NCBI GenBank assembly: GCA_963716255.1
Contig: OY970303.1
Location: 4,992,001-5,056,000 of the forward strand
Source: an uncultured Gemmatimonadales bacterium
GTDB taxonomy: Bacteria; Gemmatimonadota; Gemmatimonadetes; Longimicrobiales; Longimicrobiaceae
Length of the DNA stretch: 64,000 nucleotides
Direction: 5' to 3'
The position numbers and the translations under genes are program-made. Under the pieces are notes generated by a model. That model saw nothing but the letters and a program-made list of their open reading frames with translations. It was not told where the DNA came from and made no database searches. Shown here in pieces: positions 26,642 through 36,095 of the stretch (positions are counted from its first letter, which is position 1; each line of letters begins with the position of its first letter).

Positions 26642-29600
26642 ATGCCCGATCCCACGCTCCTCGTCCCCATCCGCGTCTCCGCCCTGTGCGTGGGAGCGCC
26701 CGACGCCCAGCAGGCCCTCGGCCAGCCGCCGATGGCGGACTTCGCGCACCTGCCGTACGCGACGGGCGGCACGGTGCACAACCGCGGCCCCTACACGGCC
26801 GGCCGCGCCACCGCCGCCGCCGCCCCGTTCAAGGGCGCGGCCGAGCTGCCGGCGGGCGTGCACCTCCACTGGTCGCTCCCCGAGGGGCTGTCGCACGCCG
26901 TCGCCTCCGGGCCGGGGGAGGGGTCGCGCTTCCCCGCCGTGCCCTCGCGCTGGATGGTGGTGCGCGTGGCCGTGGACGCGCAGGGCGGCTACACGACGGC
27001 GTCGTGGGTGGTGGAGAGCGACCGGCTCTCCGTCTCCGCCACGGTTCCGCCGGGGATGGCGCAGCCCACCGTTCCGTGGGGCGCGCAGCCGGGCCAGGGC
27101 TTCCGCTACCTCGGCCAGGCGTTCGACGCGGCCACCTGGGCGGAGTCGAGCACGTCGGTGGATCGCCTGTCGCCGCTCACCGCCGTGGGCTACGGCGAGC
27201 CGACGTTCGCGTCATACTATCCCAATTGCAGCAGCGTCTTCGGGTTCCATGATCCCATGTCGGGATACACCGCCGGCACGACCCTCACCTACTACGTCGC
27301 GGGGTGGTACGGCGACGTCGGCGACGATCCGCTCTCGGCCGGCGGCGTGGCGCCCGGCGACAACCCGTACGGCTGGACGTGGACGGGCGGCGAGACCCCC
27401 ACGCGCACCCTCTGCACGGGAGCCGTGGGCGATTTCGCCTGGTCGTCGGGGACGGCGTACCTGAGCCGGGCGCCGTCCGCGCTGACGGCCGCCGTGGCCG
27501 CGTCGCCGCAGGAGGCCCTCTCCGCGCTGATGGCGGACGCACTGGCCGCCGCGTATCCGGACCAGGACTTCTCCAGCGCCGAGCCGCTGCTGAACGCGCT
27601 CCAGTTCGGCCTGCTGGCGCGCCCCGTCACGCCGGATTCGCTGGAGGCGTTCGAGGAGGCCGTGCACGCCGCCGGTTTCGGCGCGCTGGACGGCGGCGTC
27701 GTGTGGTCCGTCGTCCCCGCCGATTCCAGCGGGGACGCCGGCGAGGGCTCCGAGGCCACGCTCCCCGCCGGCCAGGGCGCGATGCTGGACAGTCTCAACG
27801 ACCTCGAGTACCGGCTGTCCGACCTGGGACGCGAGCTGGCCGGGCGGCGGCAGCAGCTGTTCGTCGACTGGCAGAAGTACCTCGTGACGGCGTACGAGCC
27901 CCTGCGCGCGCCGCCCACCCTCCGCGTGCGCCTCACCGACGTCATGGCGTACGTGGAGGACGAGGTCGCCGCGATCACGGCCATCGCGGGGCTCGGCGGC
28001 GCGATGGACACGCTCCAGGCGCAGGTCGATGCGGCGAGCGCCACGCTGGCCGCCGTCCTGGATCCGTCGCTGCGGCTGGCGCGGACCGCGCTGGCGCCGC
28101 GTTTCCATCGTCCGGCCGACCCCGTCCTCGTCCTCTCCGGCGCCGACGTGGCGCCGCGCGGCCATCCCCGGACGCTGGGAGAGAGCGGCGGCTTCCTCCG
28201 CTGCCGCACCGCGAGCCAGCTCGTGACGCGTCTCACGGTCGCCGACGGGCTGCTGCCGGGGAGCGCGGCGGAGTCGGTGTCCGCCTCGCAGATGCCGGCC
28301 GTGCCCGTCCAGCCGTCCACCGTGCCGTCCGACGCGTTCCAGGGGGCGTTCGCGGATGCGTTCTTCCTGAACCCGGGGCTCCAGGCGCGCGTCGCCAAGC
28401 TCGTGGACTACCCGGGCGGCTCCACCAACCCGGCGCACATGGACTTCGCGGCTACGGAGGCTGCCCTGCGCGCCGCCGCCGCCGCCTTCGTGGCGGGCAA
28501 GACGCCGCAGGGCGTGGCCTACGACGGCGACCCGTCCGCGCCCCGCGCCGTGAGCGGGTGGACGGGCACGCCGTGGGAGCCCCTCCTCCTCGAGTACGAC
28601 GTGTCGTTCGGCCCCGTGCAGGAGGTGCTGCCGTCGGGCGGCACGTTCCAGTATCCGCCCGACTACCTGCTGCAGGACTTCGCGTTCGACGAGGATTCCA
28701 TCGACCTCGTCTACCAGGGCGCGGCGCCCACGGCGGGACAGCGGTACGTGGGGAGCGCCGTGCTCTCGGCGGGCGCGGCCACGGACCTGGCGGGCGCGCT
28801 GCGGCGGTGGATCGCCGGCACGGGGAGCGATGACCCGCGCGTGGCGGAGGCGCTGGACGCGGTGACGCGGATGCCGTTGCTGGCGCAGGGGATGGCCGGC
28901 ATGGGCGCGGAGATGACGATGCGCCGCCAGGCCCTTCAGATGACGGTGTCCGACCCGCTGGCGCCCGAGCCCGTGCAGGCCTTCGTCGCCCGTGTCCGCG
29001 ACGCCGTGGGCGACGAGACGGCGTTCTCCCCGCTGCCGGAGGTGAGCTTCAACCCCGTGCGCGCGGGCACGCTCTCCGTCGTGCGGCTGCGGCTGCTGGA
29101 CACCTTCGGGCGGACGATGGAGTACACCGCGCCCCGCGTGGTCGTGGCGCGCGGCCTGGTGCCGGAGCCGGAGCTCGGCCTTCCCTCCGGCACGGCGTTC
29201 CTGCCGCCGCGCGTGGTGCAGCCGTCGCGCCTGCTCTTCCGCTGGATGTCGGCCGCCGGCGCCGCGGAGAGCACGGCGGTACCCGCCACGTCGCCCGTTC
29301 TGGGGTGGGTCATCCCCGACTACCTGGACCGCTCGCTGGCCCTGTACTCGTCGGAAGGCGCGCCGCTGGGCACGCTCGGCCTCTCGGCGGACGGCGCGAC
29401 GGTGCTTTGGGTCGCCGCGCCGGGCGGCGGCTGGCCGCTGGGCACGCCGCTGTCCACCGTGATGGCGGGGCAGGACGCGGAGCTGGCCGCGTTCGCGCGG
29501 GCGCTGCAGGAGGGCGGCGCGGCCTACTTCGCCCCGTTCTTCCAGGCCGTGCGCGACGCCCTCGCCTTCTCCCTCCCCGAGCGTTTCCGCGAGGGCGTGG

Positions 29601-30328
29601 GGACGGCCGTGCTCCTGGGGCAGCCGCTGGCGCTGGCCCGCGCCTCCCTCACGCTGTCGCTGGACGGACCGCCGCCCGCCGATGCCTCGTGGGCGTCGTT
29701 CACGGCGGCCGTGCTGGGCAGCGAATCGCTCCCCACCGCGCCGGACGGCGGGCTCACGCAGCTGCGCGTTCCCGTGCGCCTGGGCGCGCCCGGCCGCCTG
29801 GGCGACACGCTCGTGGGATACTGGACGGCGCCCGGCGGAAGCACCGACTGGGCCTCGTTCTACGCCCCCGCCGCCTCGTCCTGGGACGGACCCGTGGGCC
29901 CGCCGTCGCTCGACACCGTCACCCTCGCGCCGCGCGCCGACTCCGCCGCCGACGCCGTGGTGACGATGCTGCTGGATCCGCGCGGCGCCGTGCACGCCAC
30001 CACGGGCCTCCTCCCCGTGGACGCCGTCTCCCTTCCCCCGTCGCAGTACGCGGACGCGATGCGGCAGCTGGCCGTGGCGTTCGCGGCGGGACCCGTCCTC
30101 TCCGGCAGCAACGCGCCGGCCGAGGGCGACGGCCCGCCGCCCATGACGCTCGTGCGCCCGCGGGTGGCGTCGGGCGCGTGGACGTGGGTGACGGTGGACC
30201 GCGGCGCGTGGGCCTCCGTGCCGCTGGACGACGCCCCGAGCGCCGCCGGCACCCTCTCGTACTCGCCGCAGCGCGTCTCCGACGGCTGGATGGTCCTCAC
30301 CGGGCCCGGCACCTCTTCCTCCTCCTGA
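26642..30328 (+). CDS. Large conserved hypothetical protein of DUF6603 clusters (about 1228 aa)
   Basis: GVHLHWSLP, FPAVPSRWMVVR, WVVESD, YYPNCSSVFGFHD, YYVAGWY, LPPRVVQPSRLLFRW, PVRLG, LLDPRGAVHATTGLLP. Alternative GTG start at 26573. Confidence 0.8.
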   Translation: MPDPTLLVPIRVSALCVGAPDAQQALGQPPMADFAHLPYATGGTVHNRGPYTAGRATAAAAPFKGAAELPAGVHLHWSLPEGLSHAVASGPGEGSRFPAVPSRWMVVRVAVDAQGGYTTASWVVESDRLSVSATVPPGMAQPTVPWGAQPGQGFRYLGQAFDAATWAESSTSVDRLSPLTAVGYGEPTFASYYPNCSSVFGFHDPMSGYTAGTTLTYYVAGWYGDVGDDPLSAGGVAPGDNPYGWTWTGGETPTRTLCTGAVGDFAWSSGTAYLSRAPSALTAAVAASPQEALSALMADALAAAYPDQDFSSAEPLLNALQFGLLARPVTPDSLEAFEEAVHAAGFGALDGGVVWSVVPADSSGDAGEGSEATLPAGQGAMLDSLNDLEYRLSDLGRELAGRRQQLFVDWQKYLVTAYEPLRAPPTLRVRLTDVMAYVEDEVAAITAIAGLGGAMDTLQAQVDAASATLAAVLDPSLRLARTALAPRFHRPADPVLVLSGADVAPRGHPRTLGESGGFLRCRTASQLVTRLTVADGLLPGSAAESVSASQMPAVPVQPSTVPSDAFQGAFADAFFLNPGLQARVAKLVDYPGGSTNPAHMDFAATEAALRAAAAAFVAGKTPQGVAYDGDPSAPRAVSGWTGTPWEPLLLEYDVSFGPVQEVLPSGGTFQYPPDYLLQDFAFDEDSIDLVYQGAAPTAGQRYVGSAVLSAGAATDLAGALRRWIAGTGSDDPRVAEALDAVTRMPLLAQGMAGMGAEMTMRRQALQMTVSDPLAPEPVQAFVARVRDAVGDETAFSPLPEVSFNPVRAGTLSVVRLRLLDTFGRTMEYTAPRVVVARGLVPEPELGLPSGTAFLPPRVVQPSRLLFRWMSAAGAAESTAVPATSPVLGWVIPDYLDRSLALYSSEGAPLGTLGLSADGATVLWVAAPGGGWPLGTPLSTVMAGQDAELAAFARALQEGGAAYFAPFFQAVRDALAFSLPERFREGVGTAVLLGQPLALARASLTLSLDGPPPADASWASFTAAVLGSESLPTAPDGGLTQLRVPVRLGAPGRLGDTLVGYWTAPGGSTDWASFYAPAASSWDGPVGPPSLDTVTLAPRADSAADAVVTMLLDPRGAVHATTGLLPVDAVSLPPSQYADAMRQLAVAFAAGPVLSGSNAPAEGDGPPPMTLVRPRVASGAWTWVTVDRGAWASVPLDDAPSAAGTLSYSPQRVSDGWMVLTGPGTSSSS

Positions 30329-30347
30329 CGCGACGCGAGCCCCGACC

Positions 30348-32069
30348 ATGCCCAACCGCCGCCTCTACATGGGCACCGAGGTGCAGACGCTGGCCGCCGG
30401 CTGGCTGAACGACGACGGCACCGCGACCCTCTACCTCTCCAGCGACCCCGCCGACAACGGGGGCACGCTGCTGCTGGCCAACCACACCACCGGCCCCGTG
30501 GCCGTCCCCGCCGGGAGCCCCGTGGCGTACGGGAGCGCGCCCGCGGGCGCCGGCGTGCTGTACCTGTACTTCAACGGGCTGCTGACGAACGACCATGTGC
30601 GCGCCGTCTCGGTGGACGCGCCGGGGTGGTCGTCGGCCGTGTTCACGGACGCGGCGACGGAGCTCGCGTACCTGGCGATGGCGCCGTCGCAGGCGGTGAC
30701 GATGGTCGCGAACGGGGGCACGCTGTCGCTCCGGCTGTCCGGCGTCACGGCCACGGGCTCGCCGCGCGTGGGCAACCTCACGCTGGCGCTGGACGGGCTC
30801 ACCGGCGCGCCCGCGTACTCGTCCATCCGGTCGATCTTCGTGAACGTGGCCGCCACGCCGCAGGGCGGGAACCGGCGGCTGGAATTGCTGACGGAGTTCG
30901 TGGGGCAGGACTTCGTCTTCAACGACGACACGGTGAACGAGCTGCTGCTGGTGCTCACCAACCCTTCGTCGCAGCCGCTGGTGCCCGGGGGCGCGCCGGA
31001 CTGGGGCGGCGACCCGCCCACCTTCACCTTCTCGTTCGTCTTCGCCGCCGAGGGGCAGAACGAGGCCGGCGCGCTCACGGACCTGGGCCGCGCCGCCGGG
31101 CTGTCGGTGACGCTGACGGGCGACTACGGCAACGCGTGGCAGCCGGTGGCCAAGGTGACCGATGGCACCACGCCCGTGTGGGTTGCGCGGCCGGACCCGA
31201 ACGGCGGCGGCACCGTGCTGGGCACGGGCGCCAACGCCTCCGTCTCGTTCCGCATCTCCGGGCTGACGACCACGCAGCCGAAGGGCGCCACCTACCTGTA
31301 CGTGTCGTACGCGAACGTGCCGGGCTACGACGACGGCTACTTCGCGGTGGAGATCGTGAAGGTGCCGCCCGTGAGCGTGTCCCTCGACGCGTCGCCGGCG
31401 TCGTTCGCGAACGTCGCCTCCGCGCAGCAGACCCAGCTCACGTGGAGGGTGTCGAACGCCACCTACGCCACCGTCACGAACACCTCGTTCGCGCAGGCGG
31501 TGCCGCTGGAGGAGGGGTCGGGGGTGATCGACGTGAGCGTGGCGGCCACCACGGTGTTCACGCTGATCGCCAGCAACCACTACACGGGGCAGACGGTGGC
31601 CACCACCGCCACCGTCACGGTGACGCCCGACTCGTTCGGCCTCCTCCCCATCGGAACCATCGTGATGTGGTCCGGCCCGGTCGATTCCCCGCCGCCGGGA
31701 TGGCGCCTCTGCGACGGGACGAACGGCACGCCCGACCTCGTCACCCGGTTCATCCTGGGCGCGGGGAAGACGGAGACCATGACCGGGACCTCGGGGGGCT
31801 CGGCATCCCACAAGCACACGGGTTCGGCGGTGGTGACGGTGGCCAGCGCGGGCCAGCACTCGCACGGGATGCCGTCGGACTGGTGGAGCAACTCGGCCAG
31901 CAGCGGCAGCGGCGTGACCGTGGTGGACCGCGACGCGAAGAGCATCACCGACGCGCGCACGCAGTCGGCCGGCGACCACACGCACTCGGCGAGCGCCTCG
32001 GTCACGGTGAACAGGGCCAAATCGATGCCGCCGTGGTACGCGCTGGCCTTCATCATCAAGTACATGTGA
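30348..32069 (+). CDS. Tail-fibre-like protein: beta-sandwich N-terminal region plus C-terminal phage tail-collar domain
   Basis: LPIGTIVMWSG...PPGWRLCDGTNGTPDLVTRFILGAG, three HxH motifs, and C-terminal MPPWYALAFIIKY. Confidence 0.85.
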   Translation: MPNRRLYMGTEVQTLAAGWLNDDGTATLYLSSDPADNGGTLLLANHTTGPVAVPAGSPVAYGSAPAGAGVLYLYFNGLLTNDHVRAVSVDAPGWSSAVFTDAATELAYLAMAPSQAVTMVANGGTLSLRLSGVTATGSPRVGNLTLALDGLTGAPAYSSIRSIFVNVAATPQGGNRRLELLTEFVGQDFVFNDDTVNELLLVLTNPSSQPLVPGGAPDWGGDPPTFTFSFVFAAEGQNEAGALTDLGRAAGLSVTLTGDYGNAWQPVAKVTDGTTPVWVARPDPNGGGTVLGTGANASVSFRISGLTTTQPKGATYLYVSYANVPGYDDGYFAVEIVKVPPVSVSLDASPASFANVASAQQTQLTWRVSNATYATVTNTSFAQAVPLEEGSGVIDVSVAATTVFTLIASNHYTGQTVATTATVTVTPDSFGLLPIGTIVMWSGPVDSPPPGWRLCDGTNGTPDLVTRFILGAGKTETMTGTSGGSASHKHTGSAVVTVASAGQHSHGMPSDWWSNSASSGSGVTVVDRDAKSITDARTQSAGDHTHSASASVTVNRAKSMPPWYALAFIIKYM

Positions 32070-32071
32070 GA

Positions 32072-33214
32072 ATGGCGGTTCCGGAGATGCCGGCGCGCCC
32101 GTCCGGCCTGGACGGGGCGCTGGAGGCGGCGCTCTCGGCGCGGGCGGGCGGCGCGGTGCGGGCGACCACGTGGGAGAGCTTGTCGGCGCGCATCTCGCCC
32201 GTGTGGCGGGTGCGGCTGGACGGTCCCGACGGCTCGCCCGCGTCCGTCGTGGTGAAGCACCTCGCCGCGCAGTGGTACGGGACGCCGGCGGCGGCCGACG
32301 TGCCCCGGGAGTTCCTGGAGGAGGCGGCCGTCTACGAGTTCCTGGAGGAGGGCTGCTCCGGCTTCCGAGACCACGCGGCGCGACTGGCGTGGCTGGACGA
32401 CGGCGCGCTGGTGCTGGAGGACCTGGGCGTGGGCGACCGCTCGCTCCCGCCCGCCCGCGCGGGAGATCTGCTGGCCGCCACCTTCGCGCGCCTGCACGCG
32501 GCCACGATGCGCCGCGCCGACTTCCACCGCGCCGCCCGCCGCGCGCACGGGATCGACGTGGACACCCCCGACCTCCGCTACGACGGCGACGTGGCCGCCG
32601 CGCGCCGGTTCGCCCGCGGCGCCGAGACGCTGGCGGGGTGGTGCGAGGCGCTCGCCGTGGCTTCCGCCGAGGAGACGGCGGCGCTGCTGGCGGCGGTGGA
32701 GGCGGCGGTGACGCGGCCGGGTCCGTTCCACGCGCTGATCCACGACGACCTGGCGTCCGCCCGGCAGTGCGTGGTGCGCGACGGGCGCCTGCTGCTGCTC
32801 GACTGGGAGAACGCCAAGCACGCCCACGCCCTGCGCGACCTGGCGAAGGTGCTCGTCGGCAAGTTCGAGCGCAGCCTCGACACGGGCGAGATGATCCGCG
32901 TCTGCCCGGAGATGGAGCCGGGTCTCGCCGATCTGTACCGCTGCGAGCTGGCCCGCGCCGGCGGCCCCGACGTGGACGACGCCGTGTGGGGCGAAGCGCT
33001 GGGCGGCGCGCTGCTCTACAACACGGTGGTGCAGGTGGGCGCGCTCGTCGGCCTCTACTCCGTGACGGCGGTGACGGGCCAGGTTCTTCCCAACCTGCGC
33101 GGCATCGTGCTCCGGATGGGCGAGGTCCTGCACGGCCATACCGGCTGGGAGGGCCCGCGCCGCATTCTCCAGCAGCTCGCCGCCCGCATCGCCTGCGGAG
33201 CGGCGGCCTTCTGA
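32072..33214 (+). CDS. APH/choline-kinase-like phosphotransferase (380 aa)
   Basis: SVVVKH, LVLEDLG, LARLHA-like FARLHA, LIHDDL, LLDWENA. Starts 2 bp after the fibre gene. Confidence 0.75.
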   Translation: MAVPEMPARPSGLDGALEAALSARAGGAVRATTWESLSARISPVWRVRLDGPDGSPASVVVKHLAAQWYGTPAAADVPREFLEEAAVYEFLEEGCSGFRDHAARLAWLDDGALVLEDLGVGDRSLPPARAGDLLAATFARLHAATMRRADFHRAARRAHGIDVDTPDLRYDGDVAAARRFARGAETLAGWCEALAVASAEETAALLAAVEAAVTRPGPFHALIHDDLASARQCVVRDGRLLLLDWENAKHAHALRDLAKVLVGKFERSLDTGEMIRVCPEMEPGLADLYRCELARAGGPDVDDAVWGEALGGALLYNTVVQVGALVGLYSVTAVTGQVLPNLRGIVLRMGEVLHGHTGWEGPRRILQQLAARIACGAAAF

Positions 33215-33618
33215 CACAAGATTCGACGGAAGTGTGTACTACACGAAACCGACGTCGGTGGCGAACCCAAATTCGGAAGGGGAGGGCGACGGGGTCGCTG
33301 ATTCCGGCAACTGGTCGAACGGATACGGGCCACTATCCCTCCCTATGAGAACCTCACTTTCGCCAAGTCCACACATCCGATTATTTCCGTTTCGTGACCG
33401 GACCCCAATCCCCCCTCTGCAACGACCCGATGCGGAATCGCGGTAGTTCTGCGCGAGCCTGCGCGTCGGTTCCGGCCGGGCCTCCCCGGAAAGCTCTCCC
33501 CGGGTGAGGGGTGTGCCTTCCGGAGTCATGGCCGCCTTCGGCAGCAGAGTGTCGAATGGCATGCAAAAGCCCGATATTCGGCTCGGAGCAGAGCGTCAGG
33601 CTGCCATCGGCAAAGGGA

Positions 33619-34671
33619 TCAGCTGTCCGGCGCGCCGGGAGGGAGGCGACGCGCGCGGGCCCGGAGCGCGTCCAGGTTGGCGCGCTCGCCCTCCGCTTCC
33701 AGCAGCTCGCGGCGGCGTGCGGCGAACTTCTCGTACTCGGCCTCGGCGTGGCTGTCGGCGTCGGCTTTGCGCACGTGCCCGGCGTCGGGCAGCACGTCGC
33801 GCTCGTTGAAGCGGAGGAACGCGTCCAGCCGCTCCTCCCAGTCGCGCAGGAAGATTTGCCGGCGTCGGCGGGCCTGGTCCTCCGCGTAGTCCAGCCACAT
33901 GACCACGATGCGGTTCAGCTCGTCGATCTCGCCGTCGCGCAGGTAGTTCTTGGCCACCTTCACGTCGCTCTTGCGCACGCCTGTGCCCTTCCACGTGGTC
34001 AGACCCATGTGGGGCTGGCCGTGGTCCGCCCGCTCGCGGATCAGCTCCGCGGCGGTGCGGCCGGTGGCAGCGTAGTGCAGCTTGTTCTGGATCGTCTGGA
34101 AGAAGCGCGCGGTCTGCTCGTGGTTGGGGACGTAGTCGGCGGCCATGGCGAAGATCTCGCGCACGCGCAGGTACATGCGGCGCTCGCTGGCGCGGATGTC
34201 CCGGATCCGCTCCAGCAGCTCGCCGAAGTAGTCGGGCACGCCCTCGCCGTCGATGGGCGGGTTGCGCAGCCGCTCGTCGTCCAGGGTGAAGCCCTTCACC
34301 AGGTACTCGCGCAGCCGCTCCGTGGCCCAGCGGCGGAACTGCGTGCCGCGCACCGAGCGCACCCGATATCCCACCGCGAGGATGACGTCGAGGTTGTAGT
34401 GCTCGATGGAGCGGGTGACCTGCCGCTCACCCTCCCGGCGAACGATTCGGAAACTCCTAATAGTTGCCCCGGGGTCTGCCTCACCTTCGGCGAAGATGCC
34501 CTTCAGGTGCTCGTTGATGGTGGGCACCTTTACCTGGAACAGCTCGGCCATGAGCGCCTGGCTCAGCCAGAGCGTCTCGTCGGCGAAGCGGCATTCCACG
34601 CGCGTGCGGCCGTCCTCCGTCTCGTAGAGGATCAGCTCGCCGCGCACGGTCTCCGGCTCATCCTCGTGCAT
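33619..34671 (-). CDS. rhuM: Virulence RhuM family protein
   Basis: ETLWLSQALMAELF, YNLDVILAVGYRVRS, GTQFRRWAT, LERIRDIRASE, QNKLHYA, AKNYL. Confidence 0.92.
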   Translation of the reverse strand: MHEDEPETVRGELILYETEDGRTRVECRFADETLWLSQALMAELFQVKVPTINEHLKGIFAEGEADPGATIRSFRIVRREGERQVTRSIEHYNLDVILAVGYRVRSVRGTQFRRWATERLREYLVKGFTLDDERLRNPPIDGEGVPDYFGELLERIRDIRASERRMYLRVREIFAMAADYVPNHEQTARFFQTIQNKLHYAATGRTAAELIRERADHGQPHMGLTTWKGTGVRKSDVKVAKNYLRDGEIDELNRIVVMWLDYAEDQARRRRQIFLRDWEERLDAFLRFNERDVLPDAGHVRKADADSHAEAEYEKFAARRRELLEAEGERANLDALRARARRLPPGAPDS

Positions 34672-34676
34672 CCCGC

Positions 34677-34991
34677 TCACAGACTGCACCCGTTCTGCTG
34701 CCCCTGCTGATCGGGGATCACCGCGAAGTCGGTCCTGGCGCCGTCGGCCGGCGCCGACTTCCGGTGCCACACCACGATCCCATCCGCATTCAGCAGGACC
34801 AGGCCATCCTGTTCCATGGCTGGATGGCCTGGTCGGCAGCTTCCCCACTTCCCGGGAACCGATCTACGCTCGGCGGATCCGAAGCGAGGCAGGTCCGCCG
34901 AGGCGATCCCCGGGAAGCAATCTGCGGGGAGCGCGGCGCCTATTACATCGGCGGCACCACGGCCGGTGCCGCTGTTCCTGACAAGTCGCAT
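34677..34991 (-). pseudogene. Possible decayed N-terminus of the SNF2-type helicase found in type III R-M loci
   Basis: MRLVRNSGTGR...IASADL..F..AE.R....K...CR resembles, from memory, the start of these helicases. It is adjacent to rhuM and has no helicase motifs left. Confidence 0.3.
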
Positions 34992-35306
34992 CGAACAGGA
35001 AAGGCGAGTATGTACGATCCGCCGAGCGGGCGGAAGAACCCTGGAGCCCACAGACTTCACCACCCGACGTTCCTGGCTCCGGGCCTGCAATCTAGAGGTG
35101 TCCGACCGACATCGCGAGCCAAGCGATGTCCTGGGGCGGAATGGCAATGGAAGGCCATCGGACCAGTTCCCGAGCTCCCGGAGGAGGTCCCGCAGATGGC
35201 GCGCCCCGGCGTTCGGAAACCGGCCGCCCGCAGGCCGTTGGGGCCACGAGGCGGTGCAGCGCCGGGAGGGATCGAGGCCCCTGGCCATGGGCGATCATAG
35301 CGCGCA

Positions 35307-35630
35307 TCAGAACGGAGGGTCGTTCGGATCGACCGCCTCGGCCGGCTGCTGTAGAGGCTCTGGATCTTGATCCGGTTTCCGTACCTGTGCGGCCCTCTGG
35401 AACTCGTCCCGCACGTTGCCCCAACCATGTTCCTCGATGTGATCCAGCACGGCGAGCGCTTCGCGTCGCACGTCCTGTTTGCTGACCCGGGCCGTTTCCA
35501 GCTCGTCGAGGTTCCGCTCCACGACGGCTGCCATGATGTCGTCGGCCGTGAATGTCGGTCCAGCCATCGGGGTGTCCACCTCCATTTCGAAGGCGACAGC
35601 CTCCCAAACCATTTCACGCAGCGATTTCAC
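35307..35630 (-). CDS. Hypothetical acidic protein (107 aa)
   Basis: RBS GGAGA before GTG, helical composition, acidic tail ending DPPF. Confidence 0.55.
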   Translation of the reverse strand: MKSLREMVWEAVAFEMEVDTPMAGPTFTADDIMAAVVERNLDELETARVSKQDVRREALAVLDHIEEHGWGNVRDEFQRAAQVRKPDQDPEPLQQPAEAVDPNDPPF

Positions 35631-36095
35631 GCGATCTCCAGGTCGGTCTTCACAGGCAAGGGGGCGGTAACCAAAGGTCCACCATCGGAATCTCGAAGAA
35701 CCCCGGACCTGCCCGGACGAAGATCGGGTGCAGGTTCAAAGACCGCGACTAGGAGCACCTGATACTCCCCGCCCCCCGGGCTCAGGGAAGGACCGCGGAA
35801 CTCTTGATTCGGTCGAGTTCGGCCAGGTAGCGGCGGAGCAGCTCCTCTCCCGTCTCCAGAGCGGTACCTCCTACTGCGACCGCTGCCCCCGCACGCGTCG
35901 CGCGCCGCAACAGCACTCACCCCACCGAGCCCGCGGAAGCCGACAGCGACAGCCACCTTCGCCACGTCCAGCGGTTCGCATGTCACCCGGCCCGGGGGAT
36001 GAAATGCTGTGCCCTGGACCCGCACGGGAACCGGCACCCGATGTGCACTGGGCGGCGCCACACCTGCAAGCGGGGGACCGCGCGCGAGGAGGGAG

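Noticed and set aside
19940..30355. Long alternative-frame and antisense ORFs (1217, 1001, 1047 aa) over the DUF6603 operon
   Set aside because: Stop-codon scarcity at high GC; low-complexity translations overlapping well-formed genes.
18121..33214. Interpretation as a prophage, eCIS or T6SS
   Set aside because: Only a tail-collar domain is present; no sheath, tube, spike, baseplate, capsid, terminase or integrase is recognisable.
33234..33446. 70-aa ORF after the operon
   Set aside because: Atypical codon usage, no clear RBS or motif; probably junction sequence.
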